Positions 29,087 through 40,285 are shown, counted from the first letter of the stretch. The stretch is DNA of 64,000 bases from Candidatus Poribacteria bacterium (GCA_965198235.1 OZ240248.1:3232001-3296000), one strand, 5' to 3'. Notes: generated from the letters alone by a model not told the origin. Program-made: numbers and translations.

Positions 29087-30784
29087 ATGAGCGTACAAGT
29101 ATGGACTTTCGTGATGGTGGGACTCTCCTTCGCACTGTATATCGGCGTTGCGCTCTGGTCCAAGGCGCGCTCTACAGGTGACTTCTATGTTGCTGGTAGC
29201 AATGTGCATCCGGTTGTCAACGGGATGGCGACAGCAGCAGATTGGATGAGTGCGGCTTCTTTTATCTCAATGGCAGGTCTTATCTCGTTTATGGGGCGCG
29301 ACGGTTCAGTTTATCTGCTCGGATGGACAGGTGGCTATGTGCTGCTGGCGTTGTTATTGGCACCCTATCTCCGTAAATTCGGGAAGTATACCGTCCCCGA
29401 TTTTGTAGGCGACCGGTATTACTCACAATTGGCTCGGATTGTCGCCGTGGTGTGTGCAATTTTTGTTTCGTTTACCTACGTTGCGGGACAGATGCGCGGT
29501 GTCGGCATCGTCTTTTCACGGTTTCTGAGCGTCAACGTTGAAATCGGTGTCCTGATCGGCATGGGAATTGTGTTCTTTTATGCTGTACTTGGTGGGATGA
29601 AAGGCATTACTTATACACAAGTTGCGCAGTACTGCGTGCTGATTTTTGCGTTTCTCGTTCCTGCGATTTTCATCTCTATCCTTATTACGGGCAACGCTAT
29701 TCCTCAGTTAGGATTGATGGGAAAAGTGGCGGATGGCTCTGGACTCTACCTCCTCGATCGGCTCAACGGTTTGAACGAAGAACTGGGGTTTAACCTGTAT
29801 ACAGATGGAAGTAAAAGTACTATTGATGTCTTTTTTATCACAGCGGCACTGATGTTGGGAACCGCCGGACTTCCGCACGTGATTATCCGATTCTATACCG
29901 TGCGAAAAGCCTCTGAGGCACGGATTTCTGCCGGTTGGGCGTTGTTATTCATCGCGTTTCTCTATACAACAGCACCGGCAGTAGCCGTATTTGCGCGCAC
30001 CAACCTGCTCAAAACTGTCAGGTATGAACAGAATGGCGAATTAACAGATGTCAAGTATGAAGATGTACCCTCGTGGTTTAAGAATTGGGAAGCAACAGGC
30101 CTCATTAAATTCGACGATTTGAACAATGATGGCGCAATCCAGTACCGCGGTCCGAAATCAGATGTACAGAATGAATTGACGATTGATCGAGACATCATGG
30201 TTTTAGCGAACCCTGAGATCGCGAAACTTCCGAACTGGGTTGTGGGATTAGTCGCTGCCGGTGGGTTAGCGGCTGCACTCTCAACTGCGGCCGGCTTACT
30301 ATTGGTCATCTCAACCGCAATAGCGCATGATCTCCTCAAAGGCGCAATTCTGCCGACACTGCAGGAAAAACAGGAATTGACTGCCGCGCGTATTGCAGCG
30401 GGGGTCGCGGTCTGTATCGCTGGGTATTTCGGCATAGATCCACCCGGATTTGTAGCACAAGTCGTTGCGTTTGCCTTTGGTCTCGCGGCGAGTTCGTTCT
30501 TTCCCGCGATTGTCATGGGCATTTTCTCCAAACGCATGAACAAAGCAGGGGCAGTCAGTGGCATGATTGTCGGTATCACCTTTACAGCGGCGTATATCAT
30601 CTATTTTAAGTTTGTCAACCCAGAATTAAACACATCGGAGCATTGGTTATGGGGCATTTCACCGGAAGGGATCGGAACCCTCGGCATGGTGCTAAACTTC
30701 GTTGTCTCTATCGCGGTAGCTTCTCTAACACCACCACCACCGGCTGACGTGCAAGCACTCGTTGATGATATTCGGGTTCCTTAG
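29087..30784 (+). CDS. actP: cation/acetate symporter ActP-like (SSS family)
   Basis: NGMATAADWMSAASFIS, GTAGLPHVIIRFYTV, AAALSTAAGLLL. Confidence 0.88.
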   Translation: MSVQVWTFVMVGLSFALYIGVALWSKARSTGDFYVAGSNVHPVVNGMATAADWMSAASFISMAGLISFMGRDGSVYLLGWTGGYVLLALLLAPYLRKFGKYTVPDFVGDRYYSQLARIVAVVCAIFVSFTYVAGQMRGVGIVFSRFLSVNVEIGVLIGMGIVFFYAVLGGMKGITYTQVAQYCVLIFAFLVPAIFISILITGNAIPQLGLMGKVADGSGLYLLDRLNGLNEELGFNLYTDGSKSTIDVFFITAALMLGTAGLPHVIIRFYTVRKASEARISAGWALLFIAFLYTTAPAVAVFARTNLLKTVRYEQNGELTDVKYEDVPSWFKNWEATGLIKFDDLNNDGAIQYRGPKSDVQNELTIDRDIMVLANPEIAKLPNWVVGLVAAGGLAAALSTAAGLLLVISTAIAHDLLKGAILPTLQEKQELTAARIAAGVAVCIAGYFGIDPPGFVAQVVAFAFGLAASSFFPAIVMGIFSKRMNKAGAVSGMIVGITFTAAYIIYFKFVNPELNTSEHWLWGISPEGIGTLGMVLNFVVSIAVASLTPPPPADVQALVDDIRVP

Positions 30785-30798
30785 AAGTGGAGGTTTCG

Positions 30799-32496
30799 AT
30801 GAACGCAATATGTTTCTGGCGAAGCAAGGGATGGCACATACAGGGGGTTTCCAAAGTTTACTGTGTGATTCTCCTATTAGTGACGATCACCTTTGCGAGT
30901 GCTGCGGAGGTGGAAGACTTCATACCGAAAGAGAGTATTCTTTATCTGAAACTCCAAGATATAGATGAAGTCTACAGCGAAATTGAGATTTCAGAAAATT
31001 GGGAGGATGCACTTGCGTTGTTACCGGACGTGTCAGACTGGCAGCAGATGCAGCAGGGACTCGCGATGTTACAAGGCATGCTTGGAACTAATCTGCTGGG
31101 CATCATTGAGGCAGTCGGCTACCGAACCGCGTTAGCATTCTGGTTCGATGAGGCCCAGGCCGGCCTTGTGCAACTCGGGCTCGTGATACACTCTGGCGGC
31201 AATCTCGACGAACTCCGGCAGCTAACCAAAATTGTAGAAGGGCTTTTAGGGATGGGCGATGCGAACACCTTACACTTGGATGCAGGTGTATACCAGCGGG
31301 TTCGCTACAACTTGTTAGAAATCAACGGCGAGATTGTTAGATATGGGTTTGTGGATGACTTTCTCGTGCTCGGCGTAGGCGAAGGCAGTTTTGAAAAATT
31401 GTTGGATGTCTACCGCACAGACGCACCTGATGTGCAAGAGAACGAAGAATTTAACAGGGCGTTAGAAAAAATAGGATCCGGAGAAGTGATTGTTTTTGTC
31501 CACATAGACTACGTTTTGAACGTGCTAAGTGGTTTAGATGTGTGGATTCAGACGCGGTTGCCTATTTTTCCCCTTCTATTTGGACGCCTCAATTTGTTGG
31601 AAACAGCACCGCTTCTCCATCTGGGTGTGCAATTTAAACCGGACGCTGCACTTGACAACGAGATCGGGATGTTTTTGAAAGAGGGGTCAAGGCTTGAAAC
31701 TTTAAACGCATTATCCGGTGAAGAAGATCTGTTTGTTGCGGTAGCACCCCAAATTTTGGAGGGTGTATGGGAACTTGTACGCATCCTGATGGCGGAAAAT
31801 CCGGAAGCTGATATCGATGCGGGCATCGCTTTTGTTGAGGGGCTTTTGAATCTCGATCTGGAAGAGGATATTATAGCTGGGTTGACGGGTGAACTTGCTG
31901 TGTCGGTCCCTGACCTCACACGTTTCGATCCGGAAGCTGTGGGTAACATTAATCTTGAATTTGACGGTTCATTTGAATTTGATGCATCTGGCGTAGAGAC
32001 GAATGGGTGTGTTATCTTTAACCCCAGTTATCGAATGAAATGGAATCAGGTCGGCAATAGCCTTTCTAACCTACAAAATGTCTCTATTTCTCAAACTGAT
32101 TACAAAGGCATAGCAGTGTCAGGATTCGACTCAAGTGTTTACTACACTGAGATAGATGGACTGTTTCTTATGGGTTTCGAGGAGGATCAGGTCTGTGCAC
32201 TTATTGATGGGATTAAACAGCAAAAGAGACCTTCCTACTTAAAACAGCTGCCAAAAACACCGACTGCATTTGCTCAACTGAATGTAGCACGGGCTCTGGA
32301 AATGGAAAAAGGGTCGCCACCCGCTGACAAGCTGCTTGTCGATTCTAAAGAGATACCCCTGCTGCTCGCTTGGCTTTCTGTTGAAGATGATGTTGCTCTG
32401 TTGGAAGTAACGCTGTCGGAAGAAGAGACACCTGTTGAGGTGTTAGCGAAACTGGTTCCATTTTTGATTTGGAATATGGATGTTCAATGGGAATAA
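30799..32496 (+). CDS. secreted acidic protein, DUF3352-like
   Basis: Signal peptide, duplicated architecture with GLTGELAV and YGFVDDFLVLG; weak assignment. Confidence 0.5.
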   Translation: MNAICFWRSKGWHIQGVSKVYCVILLLVTITFASAAEVEDFIPKESILYLKLQDIDEVYSEIEISENWEDALALLPDVSDWQQMQQGLAMLQGMLGTNLLGIIEAVGYRTALAFWFDEAQAGLVQLGLVIHSGGNLDELRQLTKIVEGLLGMGDANTLHLDAGVYQRVRYNLLEINGEIVRYGFVDDFLVLGVGEGSFEKLLDVYRTDAPDVQENEEFNRALEKIGSGEVIVFVHIDYVLNVLSGLDVWIQTRLPIFPLLFGRLNLLETAPLLHLGVQFKPDAALDNEIGMFLKEGSRLETLNALSGEEDLFVAVAPQILEGVWELVRILMAENPEADIDAGIAFVEGLLNLDLEEDIIAGLTGELAVSVPDLTRFDPEAVGNINLEFDGSFEFDASGVETNGCVIFNPSYRMKWNQVGNSLSNLQNVSISQTDYKGIAVSGFDSSVYYTEIDGLFLMGFEEDQVCALIDGIKQQKRPSYLKQLPKTPTAFAQLNVARALEMEKGSPPADKLLVDSKEIPLLLAWLSVEDDVALLEVTLSEEETPVEVLAKLVPFLIWNMDVQWE

Positions 32497-32532
32497 TCTG
32501 ATTAGACCCAACCGATTAAGGAGGAAACAATA

Positions 32533-33723
32533 GTGATTTGGAAAAGACTTAGCGTGAATGTGAGTACTGGTATATTTGTAAGGCGATGGTTTTGGATGCT
32601 AACAACTGTCGTCAGTGTATTCCTCGGTTTAGGGATTAGCCAGATGCTTCAGCTTCATGAGGCGACGGCAGAATCCCAGAATGATGGCTTGTCCGAACTC
32701 GCTGCGGAACTTGATGCAATCAAAGCGAAGCATAGAATGCTACAAGCGAAATGGCAATCCGAATTACTCGCACAGGTCGTCCCAACTTTAGTAGACGAAT
32801 CTGATGGTGTGAAACGTCAATTTGTCGATTTCCTTGAAGAAATTGGGAATCCCGGTACCCCTGCCCTCGTTGCGATGCTTCGAGATCCGGCTGAGCGTGT
32901 CCGCAAAGAGGCGGTTGAGGCGTTAGGCGAAATCGGTGAAAACGAGAGAAAAGCAGGACGAAATCCAGATGCTGCCGCAATCGGATTGGCGATGGCACTC
33001 AAAGACTCGTCAGAAAAGGTTTTCCGTGAGGCAGTTCAAGAGTTGGACGATGTTCGTCCGACATCTTCGGAATCGGTCGCTGTCGTCGTGCCAGCGCTCA
33101 TCGCAGCACGGACGAGAGGTTCATCAAGCGCACGCGACGATGTCGTCGATGTTTTAGGACGGATCGGCGAAATCCTCGCGAAAAACGGACAGTCCACTGA
33201 TACTATCCGAGATGCTTTAATTGCCAGTCTAAATGATAGTTCCAGAAAAGTCCGAACGAATGCGATAAATGAATTGTCTGATATACGAGCCGCCTCCACT
33301 GAAACGTTCACGGCGTTGATAGGTGCGCTTTCAGACAGCTCTGATTCCGTGCGCGCGAGTGCCGAAGATGCCTTAATTGAATTAGGAGAAGGTGCTGCTG
33401 CGACTATCACACCGATGTTGGCGGATGCGCTTACGAATACTCAGTCGTCCGTAACACGTGTGCAGATCGTTGATGTGCTTGGCGGAATCGGTGAAGCACT
33501 CGTAGACGACGGTAAATCTGGAGAGGTGGTCGTGGAACCTATTCTCGTAGCATTACGCGATACTGCCGAGGATGTCCGCCGCAACGCTGCCGATGAATTA
33601 GGAGAAATGCGCGCAACATCTCCTGAAGTGAGGACTGCCTTGACGGACGCACTCGATGATAGTTCTAAAGCCGTTCGCGATGCAGCGAAAAAGGCAATTC
33701 GACGGATTGAGAGAACCAAATAA
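32533..33723 (+). CDS. membrane-anchored HEAT/PBS-lyase repeat protein
   Basis: Repeated L.D....VR..A...LG units. Confidence 0.85.
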   Translation: MIWKRLSVNVSTGIFVRRWFWMLTTVVSVFLGLGISQMLQLHEATAESQNDGLSELAAELDAIKAKHRMLQAKWQSELLAQVVPTLVDESDGVKRQFVDFLEEIGNPGTPALVAMLRDPAERVRKEAVEALGEIGENERKAGRNPDAAAIGLAMALKDSSEKVFREAVQELDDVRPTSSESVAVVVPALIAARTRGSSSARDDVVDVLGRIGEILAKNGQSTDTIRDALIASLNDSSRKVRTNAINELSDIRAASTETFTALIGALSDSSDSVRASAEDALIELGEGAAATITPMLADALTNTQSSVTRVQIVDVLGGIGEALVDDGKSGEVVVEPILVALRDTAEDVRRNAADELGEMRATSPEVRTALTDALDDSSKAVRDAAKKAIRRIERTK

Positions 33724-33771
33724 CATTTCGTGCAAAATTGTAAGAACAACGTGAGCTTGATAAAAAGTCTT

Positions 33772-34016
33772 GTAGGTGTTTTTGCTTGGGTGTTTCCCCC
33801 AGGTTGAACGGGAATCAAGTAAAACGTGGATAGAAAAGACACCGGTCAAGTTCAGTAGGAAACCTGAAGCCACTAAAGAACGAGTGAAACCCAACGCTTT
33901 TTACTTCTAACACGATGCGTCTGTTGGGTTTCGCTATATATCTCTCTATCAACGATTCGCAGAAAGGCGTAATTTCCTGTATAAACGCAAGGGGTTTACC
34001 GCTCAACCCAACCTAC
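33772..34016. repeat. REP-like repeat cluster (GTAGGTTGGGTTGA.CG..GTGAAACCCAAC family)
   Basis: GAACGAGTGAAACCCAAC near 33878 and GCTCAACCCAACCTAC near 34001; same family at 37533-37563. Confidence 0.6.
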
Positions 34017-34311
34017 GGAAACCATATTTTGAAATAGAGCATAGACATTTGAAAACAAGTTTTTCAAGTAAAAAACGAGCCCACGCGTTCTATAAGGGTG
34101 CTATGTCTGTAGAAAATTTTAGGTTAAAATTATGCACCCTTTCTTCGCATGGGCGCGTCACCAATATAGGCGGTTTGTTAAACTTCTTACCAGTTCTTGC
34201 GTCTTAATTAACAACAACGGATACTATATGATAGATTTATAAAAAAAATAATATAGAGGCTACTTCTCGCGTGAGGTACGGGATCCCGCCGAAAAGTAGA
34301 GCTTTTACACT

Positions 34312-36081
34312 ATGCAACAGACACTGAACACGGCTTCGCTTGTTGAGGTGATGCGACAGGCATCTTTCATTTCAGAACAAGACTATACAGACATCGTTGC
34401 AGAGATAAAACAAACCGGTGCCTCCGAAGCCGCTGTGCTTTCTAAGCATGGCGTTCCCTCCAATCTCCTTGCACTCGCGACAAAAAGTGTCGAATGTGGG
34501 ACATCTTTCATCCAATTGGAAGGTATTATTCCTGAACCTGACGTGCTTGAAAAGGTGTCGCCAGGGTTCGCATACCGAAATAAAATCGTGCCTATTGAGT
34601 TGATAGGCGATCAACTTACGGTCGCGATGGTGGATGTCCTGGATGTCGTTCTCATTGACGAGATTGAACTCATCACAAGTTGCCAAATTACACCTGTTCT
34701 TGCGGATGAAACAGATATTGACGAGTCGATCGTCCGTCTCTATGGACGCACTGCTGAGAGTCTACTCAGCGCTGGTATCAAGGGACCCATTGGTGCAACT
34801 GCGACTCTTGAACGCGAGACTATTGACGACTTTGGAATTGATGAGAAAGACCTCAGCCAAGATCCGACAGTTATACATGCTGTTGACCAGATGATTATTG
34901 ATGCTGTCCGGATGGGGGCGAGTGATATCCACATTGAACCCTACCCGGCTCAGTTAAAGATTAGGTTCCGCGTTGATGGTGTGTTGGAGGACCAGCCACA
35001 ACCCCCCGCTTATCTCCAATCCGCAATCACTTCGCGTATCAAAATTATGGCGGGAATGGATGTCGCGGAACGGAGACGTCCACAAGATGGAAAAATCAGT
35101 CGGCAGATTGGTAGTGTCGGCAACCGACAAATAGACCTCCGCGTCTCTACTGTCCCAACTGTTGCGACACTGCACGGTGAAAGCGTTGTCCTCCGTATCC
35201 TCGACCGACAGTCTATCGACTTTGGGCTTGCAGAACTCGGGTTAACCGAAGAAAACCTCCAACTCTTTCAACGTATGATTCGTAAACCGCACGGTATCAT
35301 CCTTGCGACGGGACCCACCGGTAGCGGGAAAACCACGTCGCTTTATGCGTGTTTGAAAGAGATTAACACGCCCGATGTCAAAATCATAACCCTTGAAGAT
35401 CCGGTGGAGTACGAATTAGAGGGTATTAACCAAATCCAGGTCAATCCCGATATAGGCTTTACCTTCGCCCAAGGTCTTCGACATATCCTACGGCAGGATC
35501 CAGACAAGGTATTAGTCGGTGAGATCCGTGACTACGAAACCGCAGAGATGGCGATTCACACGTCGCTTACAGGGCATCTTGTCTTTAGCACGCTTCATAC
35601 GAACGATGCCCCAGGCGCGATCACGCGACTTATTGATATGAATGTTGAACCTTATCTCGTTGCTTCCACAGTGGAAGGCATTATTGCTCAGAGGCTTGCC
35701 CGGCGTGTCTGCAAGGTGTGTTGTGAGATGTATTCACCTGAAATGCACGAACTGGCAGGGTTGATGAATAACGGCAATGATAGTAATATCCCTATTCCTT
35801 ATGACCTAAAGATTCCGCGAGCGGTGGGATGTAAGGAATGTCGAGGGAGAGGTTACAAAGGGAGAATCGGTATCTTTGAAGTGCTGTTCATGAGCGACGA
35901 GATTCGCTCGATGGCACTCAAGCAGGCATCGACGAGTGAGATTCGTAGACTCGCTGTCCAAATGGGCATGAAAGGCTTGCGTGAAGATGGGTGGCGCAAG
36001 GTCGCTGCTGGATTGACAACGGTTGACGAAGTTATTCGCTTAACACAGGAAGATGAATTTGATTTCGGGGAAGCCGTATAA
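34312..36081 (+). CDS. gspE: type II secretion/type IV pilus assembly ATPase GspE/PilB
   Basis: ASDIHIEP, GPTGSGKTT, TLEDPVE, LRQDPD..LVGEIRD, STLHTND, tetracysteine motif. Confidence 0.93.
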   Translation: MQQTLNTASLVEVMRQASFISEQDYTDIVAEIKQTGASEAAVLSKHGVPSNLLALATKSVECGTSFIQLEGIIPEPDVLEKVSPGFAYRNKIVPIELIGDQLTVAMVDVLDVVLIDEIELITSCQITPVLADETDIDESIVRLYGRTAESLLSAGIKGPIGATATLERETIDDFGIDEKDLSQDPTVIHAVDQMIIDAVRMGASDIHIEPYPAQLKIRFRVDGVLEDQPQPPAYLQSAITSRIKIMAGMDVAERRRPQDGKISRQIGSVGNRQIDLRVSTVPTVATLHGESVVLRILDRQSIDFGLAELGLTEENLQLFQRMIRKPHGIILATGPTGSGKTTSLYACLKEINTPDVKIITLEDPVEYELEGINQIQVNPDIGFTFAQGLRHILRQDPDKVLVGEIRDYETAEMAIHTSLTGHLVFSTLHTNDAPGAITRLIDMNVEPYLVASTVEGIIAQRLARRVCKVCCEMYSPEMHELAGLMNNGNDSNIPIPYDLKIPRAVGCKECRGRGYKGRIGIFEVLFMSDEIRSMALKQASTSEIRRLAVQMGMKGLREDGWRKVAAGLTTVDEVIRLTQEDEFDFGEAV

Positions 36082-36192
36082 GCGGTCGCGAGCTGGAGCT
36101 CGCTCCTACAAGTAAAGCAAAACTCGCAACGATGTGGGGAAGTCTGAAGTCTTTTTAATATATACGTGTGATCCTGAAGTGTAGCGGAGGGG

Positions 36193-37425
36193 TTGATTGT
36201 GCCAGTGTTCCGATATGAAGCACTCACCCATAGCGGTGGTACCGTTACGAATACAATAGAAGCCGACTCCAAAGCCGAACTCATCTCTCGTTTACGGCAG
36301 ATGGGCTATTGGCCCACGGACATTGTTGAAGAGACGGAGGATGCCGCACCGGCGGATGTACGTCGCTGGTTTGAAATCGGCAGACGTGGTGTGAAGTCGA
36401 CGGATGTTGAGTTCTTTACGTACCAGTTAGCGACGCTGGTGAACGCACACGTTCCCCTGCCACGCGCACTGGAGGTTACACTCGGTCAAATCCAAAGTCC
36501 TGCGCTTCACCGTATCGTCTCACAAGTGAAGTACGATGTGGAACACGGTGCGACTTTTCACGACGCTCTCACCCAGCACCCGAAGGTGTTTTCTGATCTT
36601 TATGTCAATATGGTAAGAGCCGGCGAGAGTGGTGGTGTCCTCGGTTTAGTCTTAGAACGGCTCGCAGAGTTCGCTGAACGTCAAAGAATTCTCAAAAACG
36701 ATGTCGTCTCGGCACTCTTCTATCCAGTTATCTTGTTGACCCTTAGCATTTCCGCTGTTGCAGTACTTATGATTCTTGTCATACCGAAATTCACTGCAAT
36801 GTTCAACGATCTCGGTGTCGAATTGCCGCTGCCAACCCGAATTCTCATTGGTGCCACCGATGCCTTCCAAACCTATTGGTGGCTCGGACTTCTCGTGGTC
36901 ATCGTAGGTGTAGCAGGCTTGAAACACTATCTCCGTCGTGAAGCCGGTCAAGTCTGGTTTGATCGCCTAAAACTCAAATTACCCCTCATCGGACCAATAT
37001 TTAGCACCTTTGCCATTGTCCGCTTCACCCGAACGATGGCAACACTGTTAGAAAATGGTGTACGTATGCTGCCTGCTCTCCAAGTCGTAAAAGACACTAT
37101 CGGGAATAAGGTGTACAGCAATGTCGTCGCCGCCGCAGAAACGGAAGTTGAACAGGGCTCCACGCTCTCCCGTGAGCTGGGTAGGAGCAAGGATTTTCCT
37201 GAATTCGTCACCCACATGGTGGCTGTTGGCGAGGAATCCGGCGAACCTGTTCACATGCTCAGCAAGTTATCTGAATACTACGATTTAGAGATAAAAAAGA
37301 GTCTTGAACGTCTAACGAGTTCCATCGGTCCTATTGTCATTTTATTGATGGGACTTGTTATCGGGTTTATCGCTGTCGCGATGATCCTCCCAATTTTTGA
37401 GGCGAACCAATTATTAAGCAACTAA
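36193..37425 (+). CDS. gspF: type II secretion platform protein GspF/PilC
   Basis: YVNMVRAGESGGVL, SALFYP, ELPLPTRILI, VGEESG, ILPIF. Confidence 0.92.
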   Translation: MIVPVFRYEALTHSGGTVTNTIEADSKAELISRLRQMGYWPTDIVEETEDAAPADVRRWFEIGRRGVKSTDVEFFTYQLATLVNAHVPLPRALEVTLGQIQSPALHRIVSQVKYDVEHGATFHDALTQHPKVFSDLYVNMVRAGESGGVLGLVLERLAEFAERQRILKNDVVSALFYPVILLTLSISAVAVLMILVIPKFTAMFNDLGVELPLPTRILIGATDAFQTYWWLGLLVVIVGVAGLKHYLRREAGQVWFDRLKLKLPLIGPIFSTFAIVRFTRTMATLLENGVRMLPALQVVKDTIGNKVYSNVVAAAETEVEQGSTLSRELGRSKDFPEFVTHMVAVGEESGEPVHMLSKLSEYYDLEIKKSLERLTSSIGPIVILLMGLVIGFIAVAMILPIFEANQLLSN

Positions 37426-37487
37426 TTTTTAAAACGATAAGCCTCTGATCTGCCCTCCATTTCATTTCGGGCAGGTGTTCGGTTAAT
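37426..37487 (-). repeat. T2SS-junction element, solo arm (copy A)
   Basis: Reverse complement reads ACCTGCCCGAAATGAAATGGAGGGCAGATCAGAGGCTTATCGTTTTAAAAA, matching the right arms of copies C-E. Confidence 0.75.
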
Positions 37488-37594
37488 TCGAGGCGGCTTT
37501 GGCTCTTGTGGGCGGTTAAAGAAAATTAGAATGTAGGTTGGGTTGAACGAAGTGAAACCCAACTATATCTGACTATTATTAAGGAGAAAAATAA

Positions 37595-38050
37595 ATGTAC
37601 GCTGGACTTAAATCCGATCAATCCGGGTTGACACTCATTGAATTGACGATCGTCATTGTCATTTTAGGGATTTTGGCTGCCTTCATCGCGCCGCGTGTTA
37701 TCAATGCCCCGCAGCAAGCGAAAGTCGCGAAGGCACAAACAGAGGTTAACGGTATCAAAACCGCGTTGGAACAGTATGCGATCGCAACAGGCGAATATCC
37801 GACAACCGAACAAGGATTAAGTGCTTTGTGGCGGGCACCGAGCCCCGCACCCGCAAATTGGGATGGTCCCTATATTGACAGCCCCAATTTCGTAGATCCA
37901 TGGAATAACCCATACGTCTATCGCCAACCCAGTACCCATTACGGATACGACTATGACCTCTATTCGATGGGTAAGGATGGGAAGGTAGGCGGCACTGAAC
38001 TGGACGCGGACATCACCAATTGGGTTGATGAAACCACCGGAGCTTACTAA
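37595..38050 (+). CDS. gspG: major pseudopilin GspG
   Basis: GLTLIEL cleavage site; YPTTEQGL.AL, WDGPY, DPWNNPYVY, YSMGKDG, DITNW. Confidence 0.93.
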   Translation: MYAGLKSDQSGLTLIELTIVIVILGILAAFIAPRVINAPQQAKVAKAQTEVNGIKTALEQYAIATGEYPTTEQGLSALWRAPSPAPANWDGPYIDSPNFVDPWNNPYVYRQPSTHYGYDYDLYSMGKDGKVGGTELDADITNWVDETTGAY

Positions 38051-38054
38051 AACA

Positions 38055-38771
38055 ATGCTGCGAACAACAGTTAGGCGCGATTTCTGTATTGTGCCTAACT
38101 TTCAACCCCAGAGTGGCTTCACAATTACGGAGTTGCTAATCGTCTTAACCCTCATCGGTATACTGTCAGTAATCTCTATGCCGACACTGAAAGGGTTCGC
38201 GGCAACGCGCCGTTTAAAAGCCTCTGCTTATACACTCCGCAGCCTCCTCACGTTTGCACGGGATATGGCAGTCACGGATCAAACGGCACACCTCGTCGTT
38301 TTTGACTTTGACAACGAGCGATACTGGCTTGCCTCCAGTGAAACGTTTGACCCCAGTAATCCGCTTACGTCGGCACTGACGGCTCAAAATTCTACCGTTG
38401 TAGCTGCTATACAGAATAATACACAAAGGAATTCGGGGTTACAAACCCCTCCTACAACAAGAACCTCCGCTTCACAGGCTCCTTTAGCACGATCCAGTGG
38501 TATTTTGGGTGTGCCCTACCCGATGGAACAGAATGTAACATTAGCTGCGATAGTAACCAACCACAACGGTAGGACTGTTCAGGTCGATTCTGGCGTGGAG
38601 TACATCTATTTCTCGTCTACTTCCACCTCCGAGGATGCTTTCGTATACCTCCAGAACTCACGGAATCAGATAATGTCTGTTACTGTTGAGGCAGCGAGCG
38701 GACGTGTCCGAGTGCGACAACTTACATCTCAGGAGGTCGAGATGTTGGGCTTTGCAATCTCCGATTTTTAA
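38055..38771 (+). CDS. gspH: minor pseudopilin GspH/FimT-like
   Basis: GFTITELLIVL; position after gspG. Confidence 0.75.
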   Translation: MLRTTVRRDFCIVPNFQPQSGFTITELLIVLTLIGILSVISMPTLKGFAATRRLKASAYTLRSLLTFARDMAVTDQTAHLVVFDFDNERYWLASSETFDPSNPLTSALTAQNSTVVAAIQNNTQRNSGLQTPPTTRTSASQAPLARSSGILGVPYPMEQNVTLAAIVTNHNGRTVQVDSGVEYIYFSSTSTSEDAFVYLQNSRNQIMSVTVEAASGRVRVRQLTSQEVEMLGFAISDF

Positions 38772-38920
38772 TTTATTGAATATGGGCGTTGTTCCACTTC
38801 GTTTCACAACGGTTTCCGTCTCGGTAGAGAACCTGCGTTAGGTTATGAGAAGTTGCTAACTTTACCTGAGACCATTGCGAAATGTAATGGAGCAATGCTC
38901 AGAGGCAATCGTTTAAAAAT
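38766..38920. repeat. T2SS-junction inverted-repeat element (copy B)
   Basis: TGGGCGTTGTTCCACTTCGTTTCACAACGGTTTC ... GAGACCATTGCGAAATGTAATGGAGCAATGCTCAGAGGCAATCGTTTAAAAAT. Confidence 0.75.
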
Positions 38921-39358
38921 ATGAAACTGCCAATTACGCGCCCAGCACCAGCAGAAAAAAATGGTTTTACCCTCGTCGAGGTCCTTGTGACATTGGCGAT
39001 TTTGGCGGCGGTCTTGCCAGCACTGTTGCAAGCGTTTGCTTCCGCTGCCCGTAACCAAGGGCTTTCAGACAACAGTACGACCGCACTCTATCTTCTCAAA
39101 TATCGGATGGCAGAGATTGAGATGGAGGGTTATCCAGATGTTGGTGAAGAATCCGACGAGTTCGGTGAAAATACACGCTACCGTTGGCGTTCCGTCGTTG
39201 AGGATGTAGATTCTGAAGATGTTGAAAACATCCGTCGGGTTCAAGTAACCGTCACATGGATACATAGAAACAGAGAACGTTCACTGTCTATAAGCACCTA
39301 CATCGCAGATCGGCAAATGTCACAAAATCAAGCACAACAGCCGGGCGGCGGTCGATGA
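38921..39358 (+). CDS. gspI: minor pseudopilin GspI/PilV-like
   Basis: GFTLVEVLVTL; YRWR, RRVQVTVTW. Confidence 0.8.
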   Translation: MKLPITRPAPAEKNGFTLVEVLVTLAILAAVLPALLQAFASAARNQGLSDNSTTALYLLKYRMAEIEMEGYPDVGEESDEFGENTRYRWRSVVEDVDSEDVENIRRVQVTVTWIHRNRERSLSISTYIADRQMSQNQAQQPGGGR

Positions 39359-39373
39359 CCTTTCTACGAAGGT

Positions 39374-40285
39374 ATGAAGATTATGGAGACCCAAGAAACC
39401 CGCAACAACACAACCACCGAAAGCGGGCTCACACTCGTTGAGATGCTCATGGCAGTAAGTATCCTCGTCATCATCGGGGGTTCAGCGTATTTTGCCTTCA
39501 AAACAGCCGTGGATGCCTACCATCAGACGGAGGAGAAGATATTGGCTGCACAGAGGAGCCGGGTTGCGATGGACAGGCTTGTGACGGATCTTAGCAACAT
39601 ACGAGTCTCACTGGAGGATCCAGAACTCGCTCTCTATACTCAAGATGGTCCAAGCCAATTAGGCGATAGGGACATGCTCAGTTTTGTCACGCTCGTTAAG
39701 ACGGATCCAGATCCGTTCTTAGAGCAACTTGCAAGTTTCCAATCTCAGAATGCCTCGCAAACGCCTTTGCCACTTTTAAGTGACGTGCAGCGTGTGGCTT
39801 ACTTTGTCGGATCCGAACCGTTACCCGGCGAATCCACTTTGAGTTCGTCAAACTTCCAAGAGTCCGTCACGGAAGACACTACTGATGTACAGAGCGGTGG
39901 ACTTGCTCTCTTTCGGGTGACAACGACAGCACTCGATCCTGAAGTTGTTATCGGTGCTCTGTTACAGACCGGTGAGGTTCCGGAGACAGATGAAAATGGT
40001 GAGCCTATTTATGTCAATATCGCAACCCTTGTTGCTGGACTTGTTAGTTTTGATCTCCAGTATTTCGATGGAGAGGCAGAGGCGTGGCGCGCCTCATGGG
40101 ACGATACTGAAAGCGTTCCGAGTGCTGTACAGGTCCTGCTAACTGTCCAAGGCGAAGCACAGATGCCTTCAAACATTAATGTAGCACAGGGCACAACGCA
40201 GAGCCAGCCGACAATACAGTCAACGGGTATGACGCAAGCGACGATGGTGTATCTTCCTGCAAGTGCCACCGCTGGTGGTTTTTAA
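39374..40285 (+). CDS. gspJ: minor pseudopilin GspJ-like
   Basis: GLTLVEMLMA; RVAYF; FDLQYFDG...W...W....P.AVQV. Confidence 0.8.
   Translation: MKIMETQETRNNTTTESGLTLVEMLMAVSILVIIGGSAYFAFKTAVDAYHQTEEKILAAQRSRVAMDRLVTDLSNIRVSLEDPELALYTQDGPSQLGDRDMLSFVTLVKTDPDPFLEQLASFQSQNASQTPLPLLSDVQRVAYFVGSEPLPGESTLSSSNFQESVTEDTTDVQSGGLALFRVTTTALDPEVVIGALLQTGEVPETDENGEPIYVNIATLVAGLVSFDLQYFDGEAEAWRASWDDTESVPSAVQVLLTVQGEAQMPSNINVAQGTTQSQPTIQSTGMTQATMVYLPASATAGGF

Noticed and set aside
34312-34500. MshEN c-di-GMP-binding motif in GspE
   Set aside because: The RLGxxL consensus is degenerate (SLVEVM); binding cannot be supported
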